This document shows positions 51,971-62,534 of a stretch of 64,000 bases of DNA, one piece after another. A program made the translations under genes and the position numbers. Origin of the DNA: Nitrososphaeraceae archaeon (GTDB taxonomy: Archaea > Thermoproteota > Nitrososphaeria > Nitrososphaerales > Nitrososphaeraceae); the NCBI GenBank assembly GCA_035250975.1, contig DATFEP010000012.1, positions 19,870-83,869 of the forward strand, in the 5' to 3' direction. The notes beneath the pieces are model-generated. The model did no database searches. It had not been told where the DNA came from and saw only the letters and a list, made by a program, of their open reading frames with translations. Position 1 is the stretch's first letter; each line of letters opens with the position of its first letter.

Positions 51971-53398
51971 TCATATCAAATTACCGAATAGAGAATAATT
52001 AGAATAGTTCGAGATTTTTACTCTGACTGTGTCTCCAATAGCCAACTCCGATCCATCACCTTGTATAATTACTGATTTGTATGCATAATTTCTGCCTTGA
52101 ATAATATTATTATTCATTTCATCAAGAAAAATGTCGCCCTGCCAATTTTTCCACAGAGAATTTCTTTCGTTAGATATAGAACGACAGAGTGTATGTAAGA
52201 CAGTGGTGCGATTTTTCACAATGTCTGACCTTATTTTTTTTAATGTTGAAGATTGCGTACCATATCTGGAACTGTATTTTGAGATATTTACAATATCTGG
52301 TTTTGTCTCCCGAATCAAATCTTTTGTTGAATTGAAATCAGCATCCGACTCTCCAGGAAACCCTACTATAATATCAGTAGCAATTGTTACCTCTGGAATT
52401 TCTTCTCTAAATTTAGATATAATGCTTTTGAAGGAATTGATATCATCACCGCGAAACATTTTCTTTAAAATTCTCTGACTTCCACTTTGAACAGGGATAT
52501 GTATGAATTTGAAAATTTTGTCAGACTCTTTATAAATTCTTATTAACCCATCTAGTAGATCAGTCAGATGCATGGGATTCATCATCCCTACTCTTAGTTT
52601 ATAATTTCCAGAAATTGAAGCACATGATTCCAATAATTCAACAAGAGTTGAATTAATATCTTTTCCATAACATCCATTATCAGTAGAGGTTAGCCATATT
52701 TCCTTATATCCTTCTGAAATATCATTTTGTACCTGTCTAATAATTGATCCGGGACGATAACTTTTAAGCCAGCCCTTCGCAATTTTTGTCTGACAAAAAG
52801 AACATTGACTCAAACAGCCATTAGCTATCTGTACCATGCTAATAGCTTTATTTATTCTAATTCTCGGTAAATTGACCTTTTCGATGTCAGAATCAGCAAG
52901 AAATACACCCTTTTTATTACATTTTGCTAATTCAACTAATTCCAGGATTTTATCTAATGAATTTGGACCGAGTAGACTAGCGTTAGGGTTAATTTCTTCT
53001 ATTTTTTTTCTTTCAGTTTTTGGAAGACATCCTGCAACCACTAATGGTTTGTTTGACTTTGTCAAATTGCCTATCTGATGAAGAATTTTGTGTTCAGTAG
53101 AATCTTTAACTGAGCAAGTTACTATAATATTAAGATCGGATTTACGTTCTTCACTTACAATTTTATATCCATGTTTTTGTAACAATCCACTTATGATTTC
53201 AGAATCTGCAAAATTTGCAGAACATCCATAAGCCTGAATCCAAATATTTTTTGAATTATCATGTGCAATCTCATTATTGCAAATAAATTTCCTTGTATAT
53301 AGAGGGATAGAATAAAGATTTGTTTTTTGATCTGTAACTGATTCATTTTTCTTAATAAGCGATATAGATTCAATAAGACTTGTTTTAATCATATTCAA
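51971..53398 (-). CDS. mtaB: tRNA t6A37 methylthiotransferase (e-MtaB/CDKAL1 type, radical SAM)
   Basis: YGC..N..DSE, TCSVK, GCL, C...CSFC, GMMNP, DIIVGFPGE, C-terminal TRAM; true start may lie downstream. Confidence 0.9.
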   Translation of the reverse strand: MNMIKTSLIESISLIKKNESVTDQKTNLYSIPLYTRKFICNNEIAHDNSKNIWIQAYGCSANFADSEIISGLLQKHGYKIVSEERKSDLNIIVTCSVKDSTEHKILHQIGNLTKSNKPLVVAGCLPKTERKKIEEINPNASLLGPNSLDKILELVELAKCNKKGVFLADSDIEKVNLPRIRINKAISMVQIANGCLSQCSFCQTKIAKGWLKSYRPGSIIRQVQNDISEGYKEIWLTSTDNGCYGKDINSTLVELLESCASISGNYKLRVGMMNPMHLTDLLDGLIRIYKESDKIFKFIHIPVQSGSQRILKKMFRGDDINSFKSIISKFREEIPEVTIATDIIVGFPGESDADFNSTKDLIRETKPDIVNISKYSSRYGTQSSTLKKIRSDIVKNRTTVLHTLCRSISNERNSLWKNWQGDIFLDEMNNNIIQGRNYAYKSVIIQGDGSELAIGDTVRVKISNYSNYSLFGNLI

Positions 53399-53484
53399 AC
53401 TACACTACATTGGTAACAATATTAGGTATTATATAATTATTAATTCATACAACTTTGAAATAGAATTGTAAAAATGAAAAATGA

Positions 53485-54354
53485 TTACGAATATTTTTTT
53501 TCTAATTGATTATATTTAGGAAGATTTACAAAATCGTTAAATTCTTTAAAGGTAATCATTTTTTTTTTTAAGTTTTTTGTCATCCCTGTCTTTTGGAGAG
53601 AAAGAAAGACATTCTTAATTGCATATGTAGACGAATATAATGCAGATAGTGGAAAAACTACCATTCTGAAGCCAAGTTTTTCCAAATCCTTTACAGGAAG
53701 ATTTGGTGTTATACCTTCTTCAATCATATTGGCTAAAAGAGGTGCATCAATTTCAGCAGTAATTTTTTTCATTTCTTCTAGAGTTTTTGGAGCTTCAATA
53801 AATATAACATCTGCACCTATTTTTTGAAATTCCTTTCCTCTTTCTATAGCTTCATCTATGCCGTATTGAGCCAAAGAATCGGTTCTTGCAACGATGATGA
53901 AATCTTTGCTTTTCCTTGCATCTATTGCTGCTTTCAACTTTTGAACGTAATCCTCCTTTGATATAACTGATTTACCCTTCATATGACCGCATCTTTTAGG
54001 CCAAACTTGATCTTCAAGAAAAATACCACCTGCACCCAATTTCTCAAGGTCGGTCACCATTCTCCATACATTTAGAGGATTCCCGTACCCGGTATCTATG
54101 TCAACCAGAATTGGAATATCAACAGAATTAATAATCCTTCTAGCATTATCTATTGTTTCTCCTGCATTCAGAAACCCAAAATCTGGCATCCCAAGTAGTG
54201 TTGCTGATGTACCATAACCAGTTTGAAAAGCAGCATTAAATCCCACATTTTGAGCTATCCTTGCACTTAATGCATCATAAACTCCTGGAAGAACAATGAT
54301 TTCGTCTTTTTTTTCAAGGCGTTCTTTTAGAGAAATTACTTCAAATTTTTTCAT
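53485..54354 (-). CDS. isocitrate lyase/PEP mutase superfamily (methylisocitrate lyase-like)
   Basis: PGVYDALSA, G.PD.G, DIDTGYG, EDQ..PKRCGH, ARTD. Confidence 0.88.
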   Translation of the reverse strand: MKKFEVISLKERLEKKDEIIVLPGVYDALSARIAQNVGFNAAFQTGYGTSATLLGMPDFGFLNAGETIDNARRIINSVDIPILVDIDTGYGNPLNVWRMVTDLEKLGAGGIFLEDQVWPKRCGHMKGKSVISKEDYVQKLKAAIDARKSKDFIIVARTDSLAQYGIDEAIERGKEFQKIGADVIFIEAPKTLEEMKKITAEIDAPLLANMIEEGITPNLPVKDLEKLGFRMVVFPLSALYSSTYAIKNVFLSLQKTGMTKNLKKKMITFKEFNDFVNLPKYNQLEKKYS

Positions 54355-54450
54355 AGAATTTTACTGAGTAAACAAGCTTATTAATTTTAGATTATTTATT
54401 ATAAAAATCGAAAAAATTTAGATTTAATTTAGATATTTAATTTAAGGTAA

Positions 54451-54612
54451 TCAATTTTTTTCTGTTTCGTACACATCGTAGCTAGTTTCTGAATATCTTG
54501 AAACTCCAATTTTACAACCTCTACATGTATAATACTTTATTGGAGGATCATGACTGATAGACCCATTTAACCAAATCATAAGCGACCCACAGATAGGACA
54601 TTTCATTGTCAT
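54451..54612 (-). CDS. 53-aa CPxCG zinc-finger microprotein (missed by ORF track)
   Basis: MTMKCPICGSLMIWLNGSISHDPPIKYYTCRGCKIGVSRYSETSYDVYETEKN. Confidence 0.75.
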   Translation of the reverse strand: MTMKCPICGSLMIWLNGSISHDPPIKYYTCRGCKIGVSRYSETSYDVYETEKN

Positions 54613-54748
54613 CAAACATCTAGAACAAAAACTAGATATATGTTTTTAAAGAAAAGAATTCAAATCAGAATAATTTGCATCAATAAAATTATACTTTTTT
54701 TTTTATGTAACAAAGAAATCTTAATAAATCGCTAGCGATATACCAGGT

Positions 54749-55240
54749 TTGATGATATCTCATTGGTTTTCTAGAGTAAATAGTGTGATTCCTAGAGGCT
54801 TTTCAAGACACTACATTTTAAACTTATTAAAAGAAAAACCAATGACTGGGAAGGAAATCATTGATTATGCAATATATGAAAGTGAAGGTAAATGGAAACC
54901 TTCTCCCGGTTTAATTTATCCCATGCTAGGTAGATTACTAGAAGAAGGTTTAATTACAGAGATAGAAAATGGAAAATATAAAATAACCCATAAAGGTCTG
55001 GGTATTGCAGAAGATATTCAATCGGTTCATAAAACTCTACAAAAACAATTGGATGTAATGTTTAGATTAGGAAATATTGGGAAGTTTATGGCTATGGATT
55101 TGATAGATAGAGTATCATCTGTAGGATCTACGTTAAGTGCAAATCTCGACAAGATGACCGAACAAGAACGAGAAAAATATAAGGAATTTCTTAAAACAGA
55201 ACTCAAAAAAATTGAGGATCAAGAACAAGAAACGAAGTAA
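54749..55240 (+). CDS. PadR family transcriptional regulator
   Basis: IL.LL.EKPMTG.EI, W.PSPG.IYP.L..L.EEG.I, Y.IT.KG. Confidence 0.92.
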   Translation: MMISHWFSRVNSVIPRGFSRHYILNLLKEKPMTGKEIIDYAIYESEGKWKPSPGLIYPMLGRLLEEGLITEIENGKYKITHKGLGIAEDIQSVHKTLQKQLDVMFRLGNIGKFMAMDLIDRVSSVGSTLSANLDKMTEQEREKYKEFLKTELKKIEDQEQETK

Positions 55241-55250
55241 TTCGCATAAA

Positions 55251-55976
55251 ATGCTCTTAACTTAAGACAATATTCAGCTACTTACTCAAAATTATTATTA
55301 TTTCTTATTGTGTAATTATACCCTGAACAATGAATTATATCCAGCTACGTAAATGAATAAATTCCAATCTTCTACTTGTCTTTCTCCTTTTCACACATGC
55401 ATAATAGTCATCAAACTATCCATTCCATCGTTCGTACCGATTGATACCTTCCATTAGTTTTTTGTCTAAAGCGCAATGCAAATGGGACTTCAGTCCAATT
55501 ATGTTTCATACTTTATCATACGATGTACCGCTATCAGCATATACCAAATCTTTTCCTTCCCTTCGAACCAAGATCTAATGATGTTTTTCACCTACAAACA
55601 TGTTCTTCTTCTAAAATGTTAATTCCAAGCGCAGACTTTTCGCCTGGTTCTATACCAAACAATAGCTAAAAATGTTGACCACCAATTTGAATAACAGTTT
55701 CGTCTTTAATGAAAGGCTGTTACTCTTTTTCTTTCTTTTATAGATGGGTTAGGACTCAAAACATTTGTATTCAATTCCAAACAGACATGTAACTTTTTCT
55801 TCGCTTCCATAGAGAGTATTAATCCTTTAGATTATTACGTAAACTTAAAGCAAGAAAAATATAGATAGAGAGAGTACATTTCAATAGAAGTTGATGTTCT
55901 ATTTCCTTCATTTAATTTTCATATCATACATAAATAGGTCGTTGTTAGCTATAGCCTTTACTTAAGTTAACATCTA
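55251..55976 (-). mobile_element. decayed IS6-family insertion sequence (transposase pseudogene about 55310-55911)
   Basis: frameshifted minus-strand fragments RNRTSTSIEMYSLYLYF, SYMSVWN, KRVTAFI.DETVIQIG, FGIEP, YAD.GT.Y, FDDYYAC fit archaeal IS6 DDE transposases; 10-bp inverted repeat TTAACTTAAG (55257-55266) / CTTAAGTTAA (55961-55970). Confidence 0.8.
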
Positions 55977-56330
55977 TGAAAATCTACATCTGTATAATCC
56001 TATCCTCATGTTCCTGTCAAGCGTAATATTATATTATAACCATTTATTAAAAATTATCTAGGATAACACACACCAGACACGTTCCTTTTTCTCTATTTCA
56101 TTCATTTTTATCTTGTCGGCATGCAGGCGGCAAACATTCTTACACCTTCTAGCCTGTCCGATGGGTTTAGTTAGAACCTTACTCCTATGGAGTACGTTAA
56201 TTTTGAACCCAGTTTGAATACAATGCAATTCATATAGTATCCGATAAAGACTTTCATGTAGTCAGAACCGGTAAGAATGACAACTTCATAAATTCCAAAT
56301 ACTTAAAAAGATAAATATCTAACTTAGACT

Positions 56331-56687
56331 GTGATCTCGGATCTTTTTGATTGTATTAATAGTTTAAACTTAAAAATAGACGAAATTGAAAAAGAAATAC
56401 AAATTCAGGCCGAAAAAATAATAACAGAGTACAAGAAATACAGTGCCCGCTTAAGGGAAAATGAAACATATTTTTTGTCTGGAATTCAATATGGAGTTCC
56501 ACTAAAATCATATTTAGTAACTGTAAAGGGTGTAGAAGTCCTTGGAGAAGAGGTAATTGATATTGGTGAATTTATTAAAGAGGTAATTAATTTTGCAAAC
56601 AATCCTAAACGAAAAATAGAGGTATTAAAAGACCTGGTAACACATCTGCAAAAATTCCAAGAGATAACAACTACCAAAAATGAATAG
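56331..56687 (+). CDS. hypothetical protein
   Basis: 118-aa ORF with coding-like composition; no family recognised. Confidence 0.6.
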   Translation: MISDLFDCINSLNLKIDEIEKEIQIQAEKIITEYKKYSARLRENETYFLSGIQYGVPLKSYLVTVKGVEVLGEEVIDIGEFIKEVINFANNPKRKIEVLKDLVTHLQKFQEITTTKNE

Positions 56688-57028
56688 AAATTAAGTATCT
56701 TATGATTGATATTTCTAGTTCAATTTGATTATTATAGAGGAATTTTATCAATGCCAAATCCAACTCTAATATCTTCATCAATATGTCTCAATACTACTAA
56801 GCAATCCTCAAAGAAAAACGAAATTTACTCGATTCTGATGATATTTTAGATAATCCGTCCTTTTAGTTATAACTTGCAGATAAAAGGTTGACTTCCATAA
56901 TTTTAGTTCATCTAATTCTCTACCCACAGGTCTAAGAAAATTCCAAATTTTAACTTATAACTGCGTCAAAACATTTTGAACAAAATAAATCAATAAAAAA
57001 TACGAATTATTATGATAAAATTTTTCCA

Positions 57029-57490
57029 TTAACTAACTTGAAAAGTAAAGTCTGCCGATTCAGGATTTATTGGAACAAAGTTGATGCCCAACACTGAAAT
57101 TTTCACGATGTACAAACCAGAAGACAGAAATGAATATGGTATAGTAACTGTTCCTTCAGCTGTATGTAAGAGAGGTTGTCCTGTTTGCTTGGATGCAGAG
57201 AATATTTCATCACCGTCGAGGAATACTATGAAATCATAATCTACGTGAACCTGTATTTTATCGCTATTTGGTTGAAGAAAGGTTATCTTAAATTTTATTT
57301 CATCTTGTGATTTGATTGGACTAACTGATGGTGAAATTTTAATATCCAGAGATTTTACATTAGTTGCTGATACTATGGTTGAATCTATTTCCGAAATGGA
57401 ATAAACTTTTTCGTAATTTATCACAAAGGAATAACTTGTTATGGATATGACTATAAAAACCAGGAAACAGTATTTTAAACGTTGCAACAT
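57029..57490 (-). CDS. secreted beta-sandwich protein (thaumarchaeal surface-protein-type domain)
   Basis: N-terminal signal/TM; Q.HVDYD and LHTAEG motifs, GINFVPI.PE.A.F. Confidence 0.6.
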   Translation of the reverse strand: MLQRLKYCFLVFIVISITSYSFVINYEKVYSISEIDSTIVSATNVKSLDIKISPSVSPIKSQDEIKFKITFLQPNSDKIQVHVDYDFIVFLDGDEIFSASKQTGQPLLHTAEGTVTIPYSFLSSGLYIVKISVLGINFVPINPESADFTFQVS

Positions 57491-57822
57491 AAAAATAGTG
57501 AATATAAGAGTATATTTATTTATTGTCTAAAGTTATTCCTTTTAAGTATACAAAACGAATAATCAATTAAGGATCGACCTGATATTCTTTTGCTTGACTG
57601 GGAAAATGACTGGAGAATTTTAGTAGCTAACTAAATACATTAAATAAAACATAATATTTGGATTTATGTTTAACGACATTCATTCAATTTCCTGAACTAT
57701 TCAAATAATATTAATCATAAATTAATATATAATTAATATTGACTTTTACAAAACGGATCAATGGATAATAATCTTTTCAAACCAACTTTTCTGTGGCACT
57801 ATAAAATGATATTGAAAAGCAG

Positions 57823-58143
57823 TTAAAATACAATAACCTGTAAGTTGTTGAATAGTTGTTTTAGTTCAGAACAGGACCCAAAAATATCCATATTTATATT
57901 GGATTGAATAGTTATCTTGGCAGTTCTAAATATTAAGCCTTTTTCACAATATTTTATTTCATGTAACTTATCCAGGCGTTCGCTTATAATATCATCTGAC
58001 TTTAAAAAGCGCCCCCTTTTTGCATACAGAATTATTCTCATATCTGTAATTAAGAAATTATATTTTTTTTCTGCATATTTGACCTCCGTTTTGCTTTGAA
58101 ATTTAATATTTTCATCTGGAAGTAAGAATTCATGAATGGCCAT
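57823..58143 (-). CDS. bacterial-type PH domain protein
   Basis: LLPDE.I, ITD.RIILY...G, GLIF..AKITI pattern. Confidence 0.65.
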   Translation of the reverse strand: MAIHEFLLPDENIKFQSKTEVKYAEKKYNFLITDMRIILYAKRGRFLKSDDIISERLDKLHEIKYCEKGLIFRTAKITIQSNINMDIFGSCSELKQLFNNLQVIVF

Positions 58144-58661
58144 TATATCAAATCTTTTAGAAAATGTATTATTTATTGACTCTAGTCATAACTAATTCTC
58201 AAATTTGATAATTAAATTAAATGATTTTCAATGGGAAAAAGATTTGCCAATTTGCATTGAAAAAATTGGTCTATCATCAGATGATGCATATTATAGAATT
58301 AAATAATTAAAAAAATTATGTACTTCTTAGATGCGATTATTTATTTATACCTTTTCAAATTGAGAATAAGATGATCTCTAAGATTAACGTAGCTCATATG
58401 AACATGTTTGGGGTTAAAGCAAGACCTAAAGCTGATGTACAAGTACAACTAGAAAATGTGTAAAGTTTGTTACTTGCAAGTTTAAAAATTAAAAATAAAG
58501 AAAAACAAAAAGTTATCTAGCTTTGGCGATTTAGATAATTTATAACATAGTCAAATATCCTGCTTGAAGGCAAATAAATATAATACGACATATATAAGAT
58601 TTTCTGATGCTAAAGACCACCAATTATATATCATGATTATAAAATACAAACAGCAATAGAA

Positions 58662-59480
58662 TTGTCTTCAGGAATGTCTGTTAAAGAACATTTTTATGAA
58701 ATGAGGTCTAGAATATTAAGAGTTTCTTCTTCTATCATTATAGTTATCATTTTTTGTGTAACTTTTGGAATACAATATTATTCAGTTAATTTGAATAATT
58801 CCCCAAACGGATTGGACAATATTATTAAATTTCCATTCATTTACCCTGACCCGTTTAACAACTTAGCCATACAAATTACTACATTTATGAAAGATATGTT
58901 GCTTCCAGCTGAAGTGGATCTTATTCAAACGGCACCTGGACAAGCATTTGTAGCCCAAATTTATGTCGCGGCATTAATAGGAATAATATTCTCGGTTCCA
59001 CTAATAATAAAGGAGGTTTATGAATTCTTAAGTCCTGCAATTGAAGAGAAGAAAAAAAAGAAAATAAAGTTATTAAAAATATTTATTCCCACCATTGGTT
59101 TATTTATTTCGGGAATCGCTTTTTCATTTTTAGTTGTAATTCCGTTCACACTTGATTTTTTGTATAAATACGGGGAATCTATTGGTGTAGAAACTTTTCT
59201 CAACATAAATGATTTTATTTCATTTGTGCTTCAATTTCTTCTTGGATTTGGTGTAACTTTTGAACTTCCCATAATTATGTATATTATTTCTTTAACTGGT
59301 ATAATAGAATATGATTTTTGGAAAAGAAATTTCAGATATTCAGTAATAATTTTAGTTATTTTTGGTGCTATAATCACACCTGATGGTAGTGGAGTTACTA
59401 TGTGGTTTATTTCAGGCCCAATGATTTTATTATATATTTCAGGAGTATTTATTATAAGAATAACTTCGAGAAAGAAGTAA
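58662..59480 (+). CDS. tatC: twin-arginine translocase subunit TatC
   Basis: EH..E.R.R, F.SPA, FG..FELP, GAIITPDG, P...LY; six TM segments. Confidence 0.93.
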   Translation: MSSGMSVKEHFYEMRSRILRVSSSIIIVIIFCVTFGIQYYSVNLNNSPNGLDNIIKFPFIYPDPFNNLAIQITTFMKDMLLPAEVDLIQTAPGQAFVAQIYVAALIGIIFSVPLIIKEVYEFLSPAIEEKKKKKIKLLKIFIPTIGLFISGIAFSFLVVIPFTLDFLYKYGESIGVETFLNINDFISFVLQFLLGFGVTFELPIIMYIISLTGIIEYDFWKRNFRYSVIILVIFGAIITPDGSGVTMWFISGPMILLYISGVFIIRITSRKK

Positions 59481-59726
59481 GTTGAAAAGAGTGTATTTTA
59501 TGAATTCTTGGATTAAATTGAAAGCAATTGAAAGCACAGAATTTAATCAAATGATAGTGAGTAAATTCCTTTAATTGGATAAATAAAATATAATAACAAT
59601 ATTAACAATGCTTATTGAATACTTTGTTTAATTTTCAGATATATTATATTTATTCCATACATAAATCATAATTTTAGTCATTATTTATTAACGGGTGAAA
59701 AAGACAAATATGAACTTGAATGGCTG

Positions 59727-62522
59727 TTGTTTTTAAACATTCATATTCATTTCTTAACCAAAATTAAAACACGGAAAAGATTAAAATTTGATAATTATAT
59801 TTTATTCAATGCAATATTGAATCTAGAATATTCTAAGATATTGGGAAAAAAAACATTTGATAATACGTTGGATTTACCTGAAAATAAAAAAGTAATTTTA
59901 CTCTCTTCAATTTATTCTGGCGAAGAACACAAAGTTTTATTAAAATTTTATGATCCTGAGTTAGAGGTAATATATTTCTGGAAGGATCAAACTAACCATA
60001 AGCCGTATTGTTATACCAAGTCTCAGTTCACAGAAAAAGCAAAAGAAATTGCGAAAAAGGAACCAAAATACGAATTACGATATGATAAAAAAATTGATTT
60101 AATAGCAGATAAAGAAATAGATGTAGTAAAAATTCTTGCACCAGACCCTTTATCAATAGGGGGTACTGATGAAAGTGTAAGAGAAAAAATAACGTCATGG
60201 GAAGCAGATATTAAGTATCATGAGAACTATTTATATGACAATTCTCTTATTCCAGGTACATATTATTACAGAGTAGGCAACCAAATTTTTGAATATAAAT
60301 ATGAGTTGACTAAACAAACAGAAGGAAAATTGTATGGATTATTATATGACAAAGATGGTGACTTTAACAAAAACAACACAGATGAATATAATAAGTATAT
60401 TTCGCAATGGATAAACCTCTTAAATCAACCAATTCCCGAATTGAAAAGAATTGCAATCGATATAGAGGTAGAAGCTGAAGAAGGAAGGATTCCAAATCCA
60501 AGGGATCATGATAAAAAAATTATTGCTATTGGAATGGTTGGAAATGACGGATTTAAAAAAGTATATGTTCTTAATTACGATTACCAAAATGGATCTAAAA
60601 ATGACAAGAAAAAAATGATCCCAGAAGCTGAGATTTTTGAAAATGAGAAGGATTTGATTTCGGCAGCTTTTAAAGTTCTTAAATCATATCCTATAATTCT
60701 TACTTTTAATGGAGATGATTTTGATCTACCATATTTATACACAAGATCACAAGATTCGCGGATAGATCGAGATAAAAAAAAAGGAATAGAGAAGAATGAA
60801 ATTCCAATAATAATAAGAAAGGAATCTTTCATAAAAAGAGGAATGCAAGCAGAACCAGTACAAATTAAACACGGAATACATCTGGATTTATTTCGAACTT
60901 TTCAAAATCGATCTATTCAAATTTATGCATTTAATCACAAATATTCCGAATTTACTCTAAATGCAATATCGCAGGCATTATTAAATGACCATAAATTAGA
61001 ATTTGATGTGGATATAACTCGCTTGCCTGTAGATAAGTTAGCTGAATATTGTTTGAAAGATGCAGATCTAACTTTAAGATTAACTACTTTTAATGAGAAT
61101 CTTCTAATAAAATTACTTATGATTATTTCAAGGATAGGACATCTTCCGGTAGATGACGTTTCTAGATTTGGTGTAAATCAATGGATAAGAGGAATGTTGT
61201 ATTATGAACACAGGCAAAAAAATGCATTGATACCAAGACGCGACGAATTAATATCAAAAGGCTCTTCTTCAACTACTGCCATAATAAAAGAAAAAAAATA
61301 TAGGGGAGGTCTGGTGGTCGAACCCAAATTAGGAATTCACTTTAATGTAGTCGTTGTAGATTTTGCATCATTGTATCCTAGTATAATCAAAGTTCATAAT
61401 TTATCATATGAAACTGTAAATTGTTCACACCAATCGTGCAAAAATGATCCAAAACAACAGATTCCAGAAACTAGTCATTGGATTTGTAAAAGAAAGAGAG
61501 GACTCACGTCGCTTCTGATTGGATCACTGAGAGATCTAAGGGTTAATTATTATAAACTTCTTTCAAAGAATAAATCGATAGAAATAGAAGAACGTCAAAC
61601 GTATGAAGTTATAAGTCAAGCTATAAAGGTCATCCTGAATGCGAGTTACGGAGTAATGGGGGCGGAAATATTTCCATTATATTGTTTGCCAGTTGCTGAT
61701 GCAACCGCTGCAATTGGGAGAGATACGACAACAAAAACAATTGAAAAGTGTAAGAATATAGGAATAGAAGTCATATATGGAGATACAGATTCATTATTTT
61801 TAAAAAATCCTTCATCAATAAATGTAGAGAAGATCTCAACATGGGCTAAAACCAATCTAGGAGTAGATCTAGAAATAGATAAAACCTATAGATATGTAGT
61901 TTTTAGTGACTTGAAGAAGAACTATCTTGGAGTACTACAGGATGGTACAGTTGATGTTAAGGGTCTAACTGGAAAAAAATCGCATACACCTCCGTTTATA
62001 CGCAAAGCATTCTACAAAATATTAGATATTTTGAGAGAGGTAGGTTCCGAAAATGAATTTGAAAATGCAAAGGAAGAGATTAAAAAAATAATTAAAGAGT
62101 ACGCAACTAATCTTGAAACTGGAAAAATAAATCCTCAAGATTTAAGTTTTAATGTAATGGTAAATAAATCCCCTGATAGATATGGGGAAAAAACGAATAA
62201 TTCTAAAGTTAGGTCAATTGATGGGAAAAACATAGACTATATCACATATAAAGGATTACCTCAACACATCAAAGCAGCAATGTTGTTACATCAGTCAGGT
62301 AAAGAGGTAAGAGCCGGAGATATAATTTCATATGTCAAAACGAAAACTAGTGATGGTGTCAAACCTATAGAATTGGTTAACAATTTTAATGAAATTGATG
62401 TCGAAAAATATCTTGAAGCTATGGAATCAACGTTCGATCAAATATTAGCTTCTTTAAAATTTAATTTTAAATCCATATTAGGTAAAGACAGACAAGCAAA
62501 TTTGGATGAACTTTTTTGGTAA
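59727..62522 (+). CDS. polB: family B DNA polymerase (PolB1)
   Basis: exonuclease DIEV, FNGDDFD, YCLKDA; polymerase DFASLYPS, K...NASYG, YGDTDS, KKNY; real start probably near TTG 59817. Confidence 0.96.
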   Translation: MFLNIHIHFLTKIKTRKRLKFDNYILFNAILNLEYSKILGKKTFDNTLDLPENKKVILLSSIYSGEEHKVLLKFYDPELEVIYFWKDQTNHKPYCYTKSQFTEKAKEIAKKEPKYELRYDKKIDLIADKEIDVVKILAPDPLSIGGTDESVREKITSWEADIKYHENYLYDNSLIPGTYYYRVGNQIFEYKYELTKQTEGKLYGLLYDKDGDFNKNNTDEYNKYISQWINLLNQPIPELKRIAIDIEVEAEEGRIPNPRDHDKKIIAIGMVGNDGFKKVYVLNYDYQNGSKNDKKKMIPEAEIFENEKDLISAAFKVLKSYPIILTFNGDDFDLPYLYTRSQDSRIDRDKKKGIEKNEIPIIIRKESFIKRGMQAEPVQIKHGIHLDLFRTFQNRSIQIYAFNHKYSEFTLNAISQALLNDHKLEFDVDITRLPVDKLAEYCLKDADLTLRLTTFNENLLIKLLMIISRIGHLPVDDVSRFGVNQWIRGMLYYEHRQKNALIPRRDELISKGSSSTTAIIKEKKYRGGLVVEPKLGIHFNVVVVDFASLYPSIIKVHNLSYETVNCSHQSCKNDPKQQIPETSHWICKRKRGLTSLLIGSLRDLRVNYYKLLSKNKSIEIEERQTYEVISQAIKVILNASYGVMGAEIFPLYCLPVADATAAIGRDTTTKTIEKCKNIGIEVIYGDTDSLFLKNPSSINVEKISTWAKTNLGVDLEIDKTYRYVVFSDLKKNYLGVLQDGTVDVKGLTGKKSHTPPFIRKAFYKILDILREVGSENEFENAKEEIKKIIKEYATNLETGKINPQDLSFNVMVNKSPDRYGEKTNNSKVRSIDGKNIDYITYKGLPQHIKAAMLLHQSGKEVRAGDIISYVKTKTSDGVKPIELVNNFNEIDVEKYLEAMESTFDQILASLKFNFKSILGKDRQANLDELFW

Positions 62523-62534
62523 GAAAAAAATAAT

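Noticed and set aside
619-61855. Many 60-150 aa ORFs antisense to or overlapping well-supported genes (e.g. 4976-5326, 12293-12646, 31178-31621, 35563-35937, 45299-46138, 52131-52478)
   Set aside because: Shadow frames of conserved genes, without motifs or independent evidence
59727-62522. Intein or split in PolB
   Set aside because: All motifs contiguous, normal length, no splice-junction motifs seen
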